A stretch of 64,000 nucleotides of DNA, taken from positions 18,908 to 82,907 of IMG/VR virus record IMGVR_UViG_3300025162_000041. One strand, written 5' to 3'. A program made the translations under genes and the position numbers. Below are positions 35,414-46,219 of the stretch, one piece after another (position 1 is the stretch's first letter; every line of letters begins with the position of its first letter). The notes under the pieces were generated by a model. It was not told the DNA's origin, made no database searches, and saw only the letters and a program-made list of their open reading frames with translations. Source of the DNA: a virus.

Positions 35414-36889
35414 TTACACTAGAGTTGCCGAAAGCGTATTTATTCCTTCTGGTGGGTATCCATCTACTGGGCCTCTATCTGCACAGCTAGTTGCAGGAAT
35501 TTTATCAAATGTTGCAATCGCCACTCGTCTCCATTCTTCACTGGTATAAATATAAAAATATTGGGCATCATACATTATGTCACCTTGATTTCCGTCATTC
35601 GAGAAATTAAATTCGGCAATGGCTACTTTTCGCCAATTGCCTTTAGTATAAATATAGAAGAACAATGTATTATACGCAACAGAACCTGGAGTTCCATATA
35701 AAGGAACATTATCTTCGCAAACAGGCGTAAATTCTGCAATAGCGACCCGACGCCATTTATGTTCGGTGTGTAGATAAAAATACTCAGCGTCATAAGACAT
35801 ATCTCCGTCTTGTCCGCCAGCGGCTTGTTGCATTGGAACTGGTACAATACGCAAGAATAATGGAGAATTATCCACTTTAATGCCTACATGAGGTCCAGCA
35901 TCGAGGATGCTATTATCCGTTATGCTTGTATCCATAGTCAGACCTGGAGATGGAATAATGGTATCGTAACGAAGATTTGGGTAATTTTTGTTTCTCCATT
36001 TTTCAGCATTAGCAGTTATTTTGGATAGTTCAAAGTCGGTCTTTACCACTTCAAGACCCATAACAAATTTTTTCGGGGTCATTCGTTTTTGGGTTGTCAT
36101 CTTGTGACGGTCTAAATAGGTCACGGAATCGGGGAGGATATAACCATGAGTTCTTAAGTCAAATTCAGTTTTGACTGACCGTTCATCGCCAGCTTGTATT
36201 TCCACATTGTGGGTATAACCACCCTCGACATTAACACGAAATCGAAATCCTTTTCTGCTGCCCCAATAGTCTTGTGTGTTATAAATAATCGTCTGCATGA
36301 TTTGATTCATTTGCTCAACAAGAGCAGTCCATACAATACAGTGATAAGTAAGAATCATATGCTTTGGAACTAGCACATTGAAAATTTCATTGACGGGAGC
36401 ATTCTGACCTGTAAGCGCACCAAATTTGGTGTATTTGTTCTTCTCCGAATATAATTTCATCACTGGCGTGTCGAGATAACGATTAAAAAACAATAATGAC
36501 TGGTCATTCTCGGAGTTAGACCGTTTAAGAATCATAGCGGGTTGCATGATCTTACCTTGTTTATCACGGAGATATCCGTCTCGGGCCGAACTCACCCACC
36601 GTTCGGGGGGACCATAGAAAATAGGAACTTTGACTTGTTTGCCTACGTCGGTAATTTGAATTTGAAGTTGTTCAAGTTGAGTAAGAATGGTTTCATCAAT
36701 ATCATAAAATGTAATGGTAAAATCTTTCTGTCCATCCTTATCCCTGCGAATTTCTTCTGCGCGATTATTACTAACAAAGGCAGCGGGATCATTGTTAGTA
36801 ATAAACTTTTCTGCACGATCAATAGGTTCTCTGATCATGTTAGGTGCAGGATTTGATTTATCCCCATGCCAAGACATCGAATTACCCAT
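35414..36889 (-). CDS. tail terminator/sheath stabilizer (gp15-like) with C-terminal repeats
   Basis: KVPIFYGPPERW motif; three G..SYD..YFY....WRRVAIAEF-type repeats. Confidence 0.65.
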   Translation of the reverse strand: MGNSMSWHGDKSNPAPNMIREPIDRAEKFITNNDPAAFVSNNRAEEIRRDKDGQKDFTITFYDIDETILTQLEQLQIQITDVGKQVKVPIFYGPPERWVSSARDGYLRDKQGKIMQPAMILKRSNSENDQSLLFFNRYLDTPVMKLYSEKNKYTKFGALTGQNAPVNEIFNVLVPKHMILTYHCIVWTALVEQMNQIMQTIIYNTQDYWGSRKGFRFRVNVEGGYTHNVEIQAGDERSVKTEFDLRTHGYILPDSVTYLDRHKMTTQKRMTPKKFVMGLEVVKTDFELSKITANAEKWRNKNYPNLRYDTIIPSPGLTMDTSITDNSILDAGPHVGIKVDNSPLFLRIVPVPMQQAAGGQDGDMSYDAEYFYLHTEHKWRRVAIAEFTPVCEDNVPLYGTPGSVAYNTLFFYIYTKGNWRKVAIAEFNFSNDGNQGDIMYDAQYFYIYTSEEWRRVAIATFDKIPATSCADRGPVDGYPPEGINTLSATLV

Positions 36890-36936
36890 TCCTTTCTACA
36901 ACATTCTTAAAATTAGAGTAAACATCTACCATATGC

Positions 36937-39900
36937 TTAAACCATGCTTGAACTCATCCAAGTTGTTCCTGTATAAATGTATAGACATTTATTACCTACA
37001 TTCACATATGCTGACCCTGTAAGAGTGATTGGAGTTAATACGGATGTTGATGATGAATATGGAAGTTGGAACATATTGGTTACAGTTATTTTGGATGCTT
37101 CAACTCTTCCTGTATTGAAATATATATCGTTTCCAGAAGTTGACCATATTTCAACATCATATGTTCCATAAAGTTGTCCCTTATCACTTCGAATTTTATA
37201 ATTAACTATGCTAGATGAGAGTGTTATACTTGGATTCTTTAACCAATTTATATTGCTTGGCCATGTTACATTATAATATGTATTTGGAACTGTTTGTACA
37301 GTCCGTATATTAATTTCTTCGTTTCTGGGAATTATGTTTTGTCCAATAGTATTGTTGACATCAGCATATGTCCCAACAATATAACTTCCAGTATTACTGA
37401 AATTTAAGATACATAAATTATCATCTAGATTTATTATATGATTTTTTATATTGAAGTTTATGGATGCGGTCGGATAATACTCAAATATTGAAACTTTAGA
37501 AAAAGTACCGGTTGATGTTCCAGGCGCAATACTTCGACTGAATTCCATTGAAAAACTACCAGTTGGATTGATTAAACTTCCATTGGTTGTAAAATATATT
37601 CTGTGGTCACCGCCAGTATTGTGAATTGCATTATTCCATGTGAATAATGGAACACCTCCTATTTTAACTTTGGCATCTGTCAATGCAGGAGAAAATACAA
37701 TGGGTGCCGAATTACCTTCCTGACTAAACATATAATTAAAAATATATGTTTTGTTTGGCTGAAGTTGATTCGTAAAACTAGACGAGTATTGTACTAGCGA
37801 TGCGGAATAATTGAAAGATAACATTCCATTGTATCCTGCCGAATCATTATGCCAAATTGATCCGATATAAGCGAGTGCAGGATTTGAAAGAATATTCTTG
37901 CTAATATCAATATATGGAGTAATGATTGAATTTCTTTCCAATACCAAATTATTTTTACTATAATTTGGAATGTTATAAAACCCATCTCTATAACTGTGAA
38001 GTGACGCGGGAAGTAACCATACTAGAGGAGTTGGCGTTCCAGCATCATCATAATTGTTTTCAATACAATATGAGCTTACTAAGTCTGTATATTTGGTCAA
38101 ATCAACTTGATGCTCCGAAGATGTATTGTATATATCACTATCTGTTTGAAATATAATTGGAATATTATTAAACCAATTCGCATAAGCATCTTGAAGCTCA
38201 TTCGCGTTATAGTTATAATTAAATCCTTTGCGTTTTGAACTGTTGAAATTTATAAAAGTATTTCCCTCAATAGTTAAATGTGATGCGGATGTATAAGTTG
38301 AAATCGATTTAAACACAATACCATTACATCGTTGTGTATTACTGTTTTTATACTGTGCATAATAATAAGGATTATCAATTGTTCGTTGGAATATATTATG
38401 AATCTTATCAAAAAATGCAGACCCAACTGCTACGCAATTAGAATACGCCTCTCCAGAAAATTGGGAAAATGACCTATTATATGATCCAGAAAAATATGCG
38501 TTATATATCACCATACTGGATACATTACTACCATAAATAGTAACTCCACATGCATCGGAAATACTGGCAGGTATTAAACATTTAAATGTTGTTGTGGTTG
38601 GAACCTCAAGTATTGATACTCCTGGCAATTCGTCATAAGAAGGAGCGGTGTTTAAATATGAATATGGCGGTATAGAGTTGGCTATATGCACAGTAATTGA
38701 TCCTGCCAGTTCATGTGCGGTAGAAGACGTAAAAGATGCAGTAATATATCCGTTTGTACGTGTCGATAGAGATGCGGTTATTATTGATATATTTGCGATA
38801 TTATGACCTATAATATTACCATTTATAGACCCGAGAAAATTTTGTAATTCCCACGGTGCATTTACTCCGACGGTTGCATTTATGCTTGGATAATATTCTT
38901 GCGTATATCTACTGGATGCCGCTGGAATTCTAATTGTATTATTTTGTATTACAATTTCTCCGCTCTTATGTTTATGGAGAATGTCTGTACTTTGGTTTGA
39001 GCCAACTATTATTGCATTTAATGTACCTTGGTTGCCATATAAATCATCCGATAAATCTCTATCTAGTATTTGAATATAATTATTGCTAATAATATATTTA
39101 TCCATAGAGCAAATGGCAGAACCTCCGTACGCAGGTATACAGTTTGCTACATCAATAAATGAATTTCCGTCAATAATCCTACTAAATTGCCATGTATCTT
39201 GACCAATACACGAATCCATCCCAGCAGCATAATTATTTTTTGTTACTGAAGCACCACCAAAAAAAGCGGCATATTCAAATAATCCAGATTTCATCTCCCA
39301 CCTACCGTATGGGGTGCCATCATTAATTTTTTTCATCCTACCGCCAACAATTCTATTATCTGGCAAATAACGTATGTTGACTATCGCCCATTGGCCAATA
39401 GATCCAGTTTTATATCCATTGCCGGGAATAATTCCGTCCGATGAACCCGTCAAACTTTCATAAGTACAACTCGAACTTACAAATATCGATAAAATTGATC
39501 CATTCCACACACTTGCTGTGGATGGACATCTTGGATATAGATATGCAATAGTACAATTTTCTACACTTGATAACAGTTCTACAGTTGATTCGCCAACTGG
39601 ATTTCCATCTATATCTGTGACCGCAAGCATTGGAGAAATAGCAAATACAGTTTGGTTAGTACTAGGATTTTGATAATCTGGATTGCCAGGATTTGTAGCG
39701 ATGCAATTTAACGCCCGATTTGGTTTAAATGTAGTTTGTGCAGTTACTGGCCACGGAAAAGTAGTGGTGTCTCTAAAACTACTAACATAAGGACACTTTT
39801 CAACTCCATGAGATACATCATACTGTAACCCTGGACTAAGCCCAGCACCAAAAATAAATCCTTCTATATATGAGCCGCCAATATCTGGAACGTTAATACT

Positions 39901-41022
39901 CGATGACAATTCTCCGTGGCTCACACCACACCCAAATCCTCTGGCTTCAATATGATCAAAAATTATATTTTCTCCAGCCAAATTAAATAAATTAATAGTA
40001 CTTCTTACTTTATTCGCATATTGAGGAAGATAATATCCCCAACTGTCAATGCTACCACTACTATTTGAATCTTTCGCCCAACCTTTCCAATTAAAACTAC
40101 TATGTTTGGCTTGATTATCAAAATTACCATCAATAGTCATGTCGCAAAAGAGAACATTTCTTCTCATACTTGGTATTCCGCCCCAAGGAAAAGCACAAAG
40201 TTCTAACCAATCCGAATCAATAATAGAACTCTGCGAGTTTGCATTCATGACCCATCTATTATTTCCTGGATTAATTTGAGTTTGATTGCCAAAACCGTCA
40301 AGTCCATCAAATTTTGAATAGTCAGTACTTCCCGAACCACATTCGGTTCCAATAGGTATAAAATTAGAACCAGACCCAGGCAACCAACGAATATTGTCTG
40401 GTAACAATGCAATGCCAAACATTGAAAAATAATGGCTATAACCATAGGGAGAGTTATCCATTATTTTTAATGTAGTTCTTCCCATTCCCTTCCCCTTGAA
40501 TGTAGTATTAGAAGGAACTGGTAACATTCCTCTTACAGCATATGTTTTGGCATCAAATTCAATGACGCTATGACTCAGAGTACAGTTTTTAATAGCAATC
40601 CAATCGTCTGTAACACCATCACCAACGGCACCATACATTTCTGGGCGTCCAATGCTTGGAAATGCATTAACGGCATTTGAAGCATAACTCGACGAAATAG
40701 ACGCAGAGGCCCACGAAGCAGAAATATTATATGAACCACCACTTACAACACCAGTGCCACCGCCATTTACAACATTTATTGCCCAAGAAGAAGTTCCGAA
40801 CAATGATGAGGTATAATTTATTAAGTTTTTCCACTGCGAGGATGTAACGCCCGGTAAATTATTAAGGTTATTATCAGTTAAACTCGAATAAATATAACCA
40901 TTATAATGAGTTATATCATTAATATTATAGGAATAAGTCCCCGCCCAGTCAGGTAACGAGTTAATTTTGGATCGAATGCTTAATCCGAGTTCGCCATTAG
41001 AAAATGTTTGTGTTCTTGCCAT
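36937..41022 (-). CDS. tail spike / polysaccharide depolymerase (pectate-lyase-like beta helix)
   Basis: YGAVGDGVTDD motif, Asn/Ile-rich beta-helix repeats, N-terminal carbohydrate-binding-like segment W...Y...D...YNG. Confidence 0.75.
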   Translation of the reverse strand: MARTQTFSNGELGLSIRSKINSLPDWAGTYSYNINDITHYNGYIYSSLTDNNLNNLPGVTSSQWKNLINYTSSLFGTSSWAINVVNGGGTGVVSGGSYNISASWASASISSSYASNAVNAFPSIGRPEMYGAVGDGVTDDWIAIKNCTLSHSVIEFDAKTYAVRGMLPVPSNTTFKGKGMGRTTLKIMDNSPYGYSHYFSMFGIALLPDNIRWLPGSGSNFIPIGTECGSGSTDYSKFDGLDGFGNQTQINPGNNRWVMNANSQSSIIDSDWLELCAFPWGGIPSMRRNVLFCDMTIDGNFDNQAKHSSFNWKGWAKDSNSSGSIDSWGYYLPQYANKVRSTINLFNLAGENIIFDHIEARGFGCGVSHGELSSSINVPDIGGSYIEGFIFGAGLSPGLQYDVSHGVEKCPYVSSFRDTTTFPWPVTAQTTFKPNRALNCIATNPGNPDYQNPSTNQTVFAISPMLAVTDIDGNPVGESTVELLSSVENCTIAYLYPRCPSTASVWNGSILSIFVSSSCTYESLTGSSDGIIPGNGYKTGSIGQWAIVNIRYLPDNRIVGGRMKKINDGTPYGRWEMKSGLFEYAAFFGGASVTKNNYAAGMDSCIGQDTWQFSRIIDGNSFIDVANCIPAYGGSAICSMDKYIISNNYIQILDRDLSDDLYGNQGTLNAIIVGSNQSTDILHKHKSGEIVIQNNTIRIPAASSRYTQEYYPSINATVGVNAPWELQNFLGSINGNIIGHNIANISIITASLSTRTNGYITASFTSSTAHELAGSITVHIANSIPPYSYLNTAPSYDELPGVSILEVPTTTTFKCLIPASISDACGVTIYGSNVSSMVIYNAYFSGSYNRSFSQFSGEAYSNCVAVGSAFFDKIHNIFQRTIDNPYYYAQYKNSNTQRCNGIVFKSISTYTSASHLTIEGNTFINFNSSKRKGFNYNYNANELQDAYANWFNNIPIIFQTDSDIYNTSSEHQVDLTKYTDLVSSYCIENNYDDAGTPTPLVWLLPASLHSYRDGFYNIPNYSKNNLVLERNSIITPYIDISKNILSNPALAYIGSIWHNDSAGYNGMLSFNYSASLVQYSSSFTNQLQPNKTYIFNYMFSQEGNSAPIVFSPALTDAKVKIGGVPLFTWNNAIHNTGGDHRIYFTTNGSLINPTGSFSMEFSRSIAPGTSTGTFSKVSIFEYYPTASINFNIKNHIINLDDNLCILNFSNTGSYIVGTYADVNNTIGQNIIPRNEEINIRTVQTVPNTYYNVTWPSNINWLKNPSITLSSSIVNYKIRSDKGQLYGTYDVEIWSTSGNDIYFNTGRVEASKITVTNMFQLPYSSSTSVLTPITLTGSAYVNVGNKCLYIYTGTTWMSSSMV

Positions 41023-41098
41023 AGGTTATATTTTGATTTGAAGTTATAGTTATAAATATCGGGTCATAAGGAATATCTTAATTCCAAATGGAAAGTTG

Positions 41099-41587
41099 TT
41101 ATGATTGACGCTCAACTAAGTCAATTTTAGATAAGCTTGTATAATGTGTATTTACAATTATGGATAGGGATTTTGTTGGCTGACCTCCCAGAAATTGCTC
41201 TTGCACTACATCATCAATTTCGTGATAACGATCATTGAAATGTATCAGATCGCCCGTTTGTGGAAAGAAATTGAGTGTCCGCAAATCTTTCTCCATAAAC
41301 TTGAAGGCGACATTCTGTTTACGGTCAGGGCCGAAGTCATCGGCGTCTGTAGTAATGTCGGCTCGATCAACCAAACAAACTATATCAATACCTGGAAAAT
41401 ATTGCTTACCTGCCTTTGGACTGCTTTCACCATAAATATTGGTTTGAGTAACATCGGCGCACATTTTAAAAAGACGTACTTCCGTTTGTATTATATCTCC
41501 CAATAATTCCTGGTTGATCCCGTCAATAAATGAGATGTCCCGCTCCGAAAAATATCTTCCTGGAAGTTCCATTGCATTATTACCCAT
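41099..41587 (-). CDS. neck/head-closure protein (gp14-like)
   Basis: NIYGE and P..GDLI.F...Y.EI motifs; position near the gp13-like gene. Confidence 0.65.
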   Translation of the reverse strand: MGNNAMELPGRYFSERDISFIDGINQELLGDIIQTEVRLFKMCADVTQTNIYGESSPKAGKQYFPGIDIVCLVDRADITTDADDFGPDRKQNVAFKFMEKDLRTLNFFPQTGDLIHFNDRYHEIDDVVQEQFLGGQPTKSLSIIVNTHYTSLSKIDLVERQS

Positions 41588-42062
41588 GTATTTTCAAAAG
41601 CTCAAGGGCACGTGCTTCAATTACTTCTAATGCCATGTTCATATTATGTAATTCAGTATCCATCAGTTTGCCTTTTGATGACAGTGATCTTACTAATTTT
41701 GCCGCTTGAATAATTTCTTTTGCTATTTTAATTTCTCGCTTTTCATTTGGGTCGGATATATCTGTTTCGCCAGGCATGTCTGATTTATCAAAATACTGCT
41801 GATCCTCATCATCCTTATAACCATATTCTTTGGCCAACATTCTAGCCTCTTGAATAGCAGTTTTCTTGGCTTCTTCTACACTCTTAATATAGCCAAGCCC
41901 AACCCCTTGCAGTTTCTTATATGAAAGTCGTTTGTCTCCTGCACCAAAGACCTTCTTTAAACCTTCCCGAACAAGCTTTGCCTTGGGATTAACTTCATCA
42001 ATACTCTCAGTTATGAGTTTGAATTGATTTCCACCGATATTTTCGAATAGTTTTTGTTTCAT
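41580..42062 (-). CDS. hypothetical protein
   Basis: MKQKLFEN...LITES; TATTTATA at 42086-42093. Confidence 0.6.
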   Translation of the reverse strand: MKQKLFENIGGNQFKLITESIDEVNPKAKLVREGLKKVFGAGDKRLSYKKLQGVGLGYIKSVEEAKKTAIQEARMLAKEYGYKDDEDQQYFDKSDMPGETDISDPNEKREIKIAKEIIQAAKLVRSLSSKGKLMDTELHNMNMALEVIEARALELLKIHG

Positions 42063-42168
42063 ATACCTTAAAAATTTGTCTATCCTATAAATATAAATTG
42101 CCGCTATCAATCGGCAATAATAAAATAACTTGATGTTTTATTGTTTTTGACTTATATTGAAAGGTAAT

Positions 42169-43941
42169 ATGCGAAAACCCAATACGGATGAACTTATTAG
42201 TATTATATATCAGAATAAATGTCATTACAGGTCAATAATCAAATCTAAGTTTCCAGAATTACATCTGTTTATAGAAACTGAATATTATGGGAATTCGTTC
42301 GGGGAAAAGTTATATAGATGGATACACGAAAACTCGGCGGGGGGTGTGTGTAAAGTTTGTCAATCTTCAACCAGGTTCAAAAGTATTTTTGATGGATTCC
42401 AAACATATTGCTCATCGAGGTGTTCCAATGGAGATATTATAGTTAAACAACTCAAAGAAGATTCTTATTTGAAGAATTGGGGGGTTAAAAATCCATCTCA
42501 AGCAGAAAAAATTAAAGGGAAGAAAAAACAAACTTGCGAGAAACACTTTGGAGTTGATTGCAATTTGAAATTGGGTTCGTGTAAATTACAAATCAAAGAA
42601 ACAAATCGACAAAAATATGGAGTTGATTATCCTCTTCAAAATCAAAGTATATTAGAAAAACAACAGGATACCAATCTGCAACGATATGGGAAACGATCTG
42701 TCGGTCAAGTAGAAGAATTTAAAACGAAAGCAATTCAAACAAACCTGAGTAAATTCGGAGTAGAGCATCCGATTCAAAACAAAGAAATACACGCAAAACT
42801 AGAAGAAACAAATCTAAAACGGTTCGGAGTTAGGCATATGGCCCAAAGTGATAAATATAGAATTGAAAGGCGAAGAAGATTTTTTGAAACATTATTGCAT
42901 TCCGATAGGTTAAAATCCAGAGTTACTCCGATGTTTGTCTTAGCGGATTTTATCGACTGTAATACTAAAAATAAGTATGATTTCAAATGCAATACATGTG
43001 CAAATGTGTTTCAAGATCATTTGGACAATGGACGAATTCCAAGGTGTTATAAATGTTATCCGCTGCTTTATCAGTCTTTTGCCGAAAGAGAAATAGCCGA
43101 TTTTATACGCAATTCTATAGCCGATAAAATAGTTGAAAACGATAGGTCTGCGCTTGGAAATTTGGAATTGGATATTTATATTCCGTCCAGAAATTTGGCA
43201 ATAGAATTCAACGGATTATATTGGCACAGTGAATTGGGAGGTAATAAAAATAAAGATTATCATCTCAATAAAACTGTAAGATGTCAATCGAAAGGAATAA
43301 GACTTATTCAGATATTTGAAGATGAATGGTTACAAAAACAAGACATAGTAAAAAAACGACTTGCTCATTTGTTGGAACTGGACATGTCCAGAATATATGC
43401 CAGAAACTGCGTTATTATTCCCATTCCTAACGTTCTTTGTGCCGAGTTCTTAGAGAAAAATCATTTGCAAGGAAAAGATAATTCTACTATAAAATTAGGA
43501 GCATATTATAATAGCGAATTGGTTTCGCTTATGACATTCGGCAAACATAGATTTTCAAAGAATAAAGATGTTTGGGAAATGTATCGTTTTTGTTCGTCTA
43601 AAAATGTGGTTGGAATAGGAGGAAAATTGTTTAAATATTTTGTGAAAAATTATAATCCCAACCAGGTTATTTCCTATGCCGATAGAAGATGGTCGTCGAA
43701 TATTGCGTTTTATGAAAAAATTGGATTTCAATCCGAAGGAATGACTCGGCAAGGTTATTATTATATGGACGACTATCGGAATCGATATTATAGATTTAAC
43801 TTTAGAAAATCAGTATTATCTAAAAAATTAAAAGTATATGATTCTAATTTAACCGAATGGGAGAATATGCAATTAAATGGATACGACCGAATATGGGATT
43901 GCGGAAATTTGAGATATAAATGGACTCCACATAACTTTTAA
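42169..43941 (+). CDS. Hef-like homing endonuclease
   Basis: Paralog of 15666 and 20602: ELDIYIP, LAIEFNG, SYADRRWS and RIWDCG; promoter TTGATG-17-TATATT. Confidence 0.75.
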   Translation: MRKPNTDELISIIYQNKCHYRSIIKSKFPELHLFIETEYYGNSFGEKLYRWIHENSAGGVCKVCQSSTRFKSIFDGFQTYCSSRCSNGDIIVKQLKEDSYLKNWGVKNPSQAEKIKGKKKQTCEKHFGVDCNLKLGSCKLQIKETNRQKYGVDYPLQNQSILEKQQDTNLQRYGKRSVGQVEEFKTKAIQTNLSKFGVEHPIQNKEIHAKLEETNLKRFGVRHMAQSDKYRIERRRRFFETLLHSDRLKSRVTPMFVLADFIDCNTKNKYDFKCNTCANVFQDHLDNGRIPRCYKCYPLLYQSFAEREIADFIRNSIADKIVENDRSALGNLELDIYIPSRNLAIEFNGLYWHSELGGNKNKDYHLNKTVRCQSKGIRLIQIFEDEWLQKQDIVKKRLAHLLELDMSRIYARNCVIIPIPNVLCAEFLEKNHLQGKDNSTIKLGAYYNSELVSLMTFGKHRFSKNKDVWEMYRFCSSKNVVGIGGKLFKYFVKNYNPNQVISYADRRWSSNIAFYEKIGFQSEGMTRQGYYYMDDYRNRYYRFNFRKSVLSKKLKVYDSNLTEWENMQLNGYDRIWDCGNLRYKWTPHNF

Positions 43942-43955
43942 CATCTTCGTGGCAA

Positions 43956-44004
43956 GAAATCCCACTTGCTTTAGCGGGTCTCCTTTAGGGGATGGGTAGT
44001 TCAT
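43956..44004 (+). mobile_element. solo IS605 right end (double hairpin)
   Basis: GAAA-tccca[cttgc ttta gcggg][tctcc ttta gggga]tggg-tagtTCAT. Confidence 0.65.
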
Positions 44005-45203
44005 AACATGAATAGCAACCCAAACATCCAAAGACCAATATATATATATAAGGGAACTCCCTTCAAAGTATTTTGGAGTTGTTCGGACATTTGGGCCTGC
44101 TTCTCAAGTTGATTGAATCTTCCTGCCGCCTCCAATTGTTCTTTCAAAGTATCCAAAAGTCGTTCTTTTGACTGTTGCGCCTCTGCCCGAAGTTCTGCTC
44201 CATCCAATGTTATCTCTCCCCCAGGAATCGGTATTACTTGATGCTTTTGACGAATTGCGCCAAGGATTTCTTTACAGTTAGCGAGGAAATAATCACGAAT
44301 CCATTGTTTACCTGGGTCATTAATAGTCATGTATGGATGATTTACATACGGAATATCAGCAAAGTCGGAGGAAACCTGCCCCGCAGACCCCGAAGGTGAA
44401 AGACTGCTTGCTTCGTAGCGATCTTGTTCATTAATGTATTCGAGCCATAGTTTGAAACTGGTGGTTGGAATAGGCATGAGCCGAAGGCGGTTGTTTGCCA
44501 TTTCAAACGAATAGGCCGACTTGCGAACTAAGTCATTGAACTGAATGGCCTGACCACGAAGTAAATCCTCAAAGATTGGTGTCATTAAGAATTGAACGGC
44601 GGGGCTATAAGCTCCAAATCCAAGTTCTTGTAAAACATTACTATATGACATTCCCGTCATGGAGAATGGGTCATATATACGCGCAAATGCTGGAGGTCGG
44701 TAATGGAACACTCGTTTTACTTCAATGCGGTCACAGTTTTCCAATGTGTTACCAATTAATGCTTGGAGGTCATAATCTTGTTGCATTGGGTTGACTTGGA
44801 TATTTACCTTTTTCCAGTCAAGTTTTCCACCTGTTCCTGCTTCGGAGCCATAATCTTTAGCAATGTTGATAAGTTGCGGGAGGCCAGACCCTTGGATTAC
44901 TCGTCCAGTGATAGTTGTATTTCGGTTAAGTCCTTGGAGCGCCAGCATGTTATTGATCATGTTGTACTCGTTGACTTTGGCATTATAAACATTACAAGCT
45001 TCTTCGAATGCAGCATAGAATTGAATATCGATCATTTCTATAGCAATTGAGGGCCATCCGAGTCGTTTTGTAGCCCACTGCATAGCGTTATAACAATCTC
45101 GTTGGAAGATAGGATCAGAATCATACATTCCAAACGGAGTATTATTTTGGACTGCCGACCCACTGCCTGGGTATCGTATTAAAGCTTGATTTGAGATTGA
45201 CAT
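44001..45203 (-). CDS. neck protein (gp13-like head-tail adaptor)
   Basis: RLGWP..IE, WIRDY.LA..KE.LG..R.K and IPGG...LDG motifs. Confidence 0.8.
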   Translation of the reverse strand: MSISNQALIRYPGSGSAVQNNTPFGMYDSDPIFQRDCYNAMQWATKRLGWPSIAIEMIDIQFYAAFEEACNVYNAKVNEYNMINNMLALQGLNRNTTITGRVIQGSGLPQLINIAKDYGSEAGTGGKLDWKKVNIQVNPMQQDYDLQALIGNTLENCDRIEVKRVFHYRPPAFARIYDPFSMTGMSYSNVLQELGFGAYSPAVQFLMTPIFEDLLRGQAIQFNDLVRKSAYSFEMANNRLRLMPIPTTSFKLWLEYINEQDRYEASSLSPSGSAGQVSSDFADIPYVNHPYMTINDPGKQWIRDYFLANCKEILGAIRQKHQVIPIPGGEITLDGAELRAEAQQSKERLLDTLKEQLEAAGRFNQLEKQAQMSEQLQNTLKGVPLYIYIGLWMFGLLFML

Positions 45204-46093
45204 TTTTTGTATTTTTTTATAGGAAATGGCAATGATTTGTCACGTTTCCATTGGTTCCAATCACTTTCCCATATATAATAAATATCATATCCCATTTCCT
45301 TTAACTTAATAAACTTATTTGTTGTAGATTGGTACAGATTGCCGAAGGAAGTTTTATTGGAATTATTCGTTTCCTCGGGCAAAAATATTTTCGGATTCCC
45401 GTGCCAATAATCTCCCAAGAATTCAAATATTTTATTTTTACTTATACCATCGACTTTATATGGTCTGATATATTTTTGTCTATGTTCGGGGGTAGAAGGA
45501 ATGTTTAGATAATCCAAAAATTCTATTTCGGGCATGGAGATATTATTTCGGGCAAAACAAGAGGGGCACTTTGGAATTTTGCCATCTTCTATATTAGAAT
45601 TAAAATGTGTGTGGCAAGTTGTGCATTCAAATAGGTATAAATCATTTACCGTTTTAAAGTCGTGCGGGTCAAACATAGGTTTGAGTGAAAAATTCAACCG
45701 AGACCCGTTGAATAATCGTTCAACAAATTGTTTGGTTCTTGTGTTCAAAATCTTCAATTGAACATTTTTGTTCTGAATAGGATGCTCTGCTCCATAGTGT
45801 TGTAAACATGTTTTATTGGCCAAAATTCGATTGTTATAGTTTGAGTTATTGTATTTTTGTAATTTTGTTAATTTACTTTTTTCTTTTACGGAATTGAGTT
45901 TGAATGGATTATCGACTCCATGTTTTTCTAGACATGTTTTTTTGGTTTTTTCGGCCCTGGCTTTTAATCGGTCGGGAGTCCAAAAAGATTTCATTTTATC
46001 CGAAAACGCTGTTGTTTTGGAATAATGATTAACGCCATATTTTTCCATACAGGTCTTTTCTTTTTTGGACAGCATTTCGGTTATATTTTCCAT
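45179..46093 (-). CDS. Vsr-like/PD-(D/E)xK endonuclease, putative homing endonuclease
   Basis: KYG repeats, Zn finger, VDG...FEFLGDYWHG...IWESDW; promoter TTGATT-17-TATAAT. Confidence 0.7.
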   Translation of the reverse strand: MENITEMLSKKEKTCMEKYGVNHYSKTTAFSDKMKSFWTPDRLKARAEKTKKTCLEKHGVDNPFKLNSVKEKSKLTKLQKYNNSNYNNRILANKTCLQHYGAEHPIQNKNVQLKILNTRTKQFVERLFNGSRLNFSLKPMFDPHDFKTVNDLYLFECTTCHTHFNSNIEDGKIPKCPSCFARNNISMPEIEFLDYLNIPSTPEHRQKYIRPYKVDGISKNKIFEFLGDYWHGNPKIFLPEETNNSNKTSFGNLYQSTTNKFIKLKEMGYDIYYIWESDWNQWKRDKSLPFPIKKYKKCQSQIKL

Positions 46094-46219
46094 AATATCT
46101 CTAATTATAATTATGATCAACCAAATAATCAATTATTTTTAATTTGAGTGGATATATTTAAATTTTATATTTATACTCGTCTAGTGTCCTGTATATGATG
46201 AGGATACGTATCAATTCAA

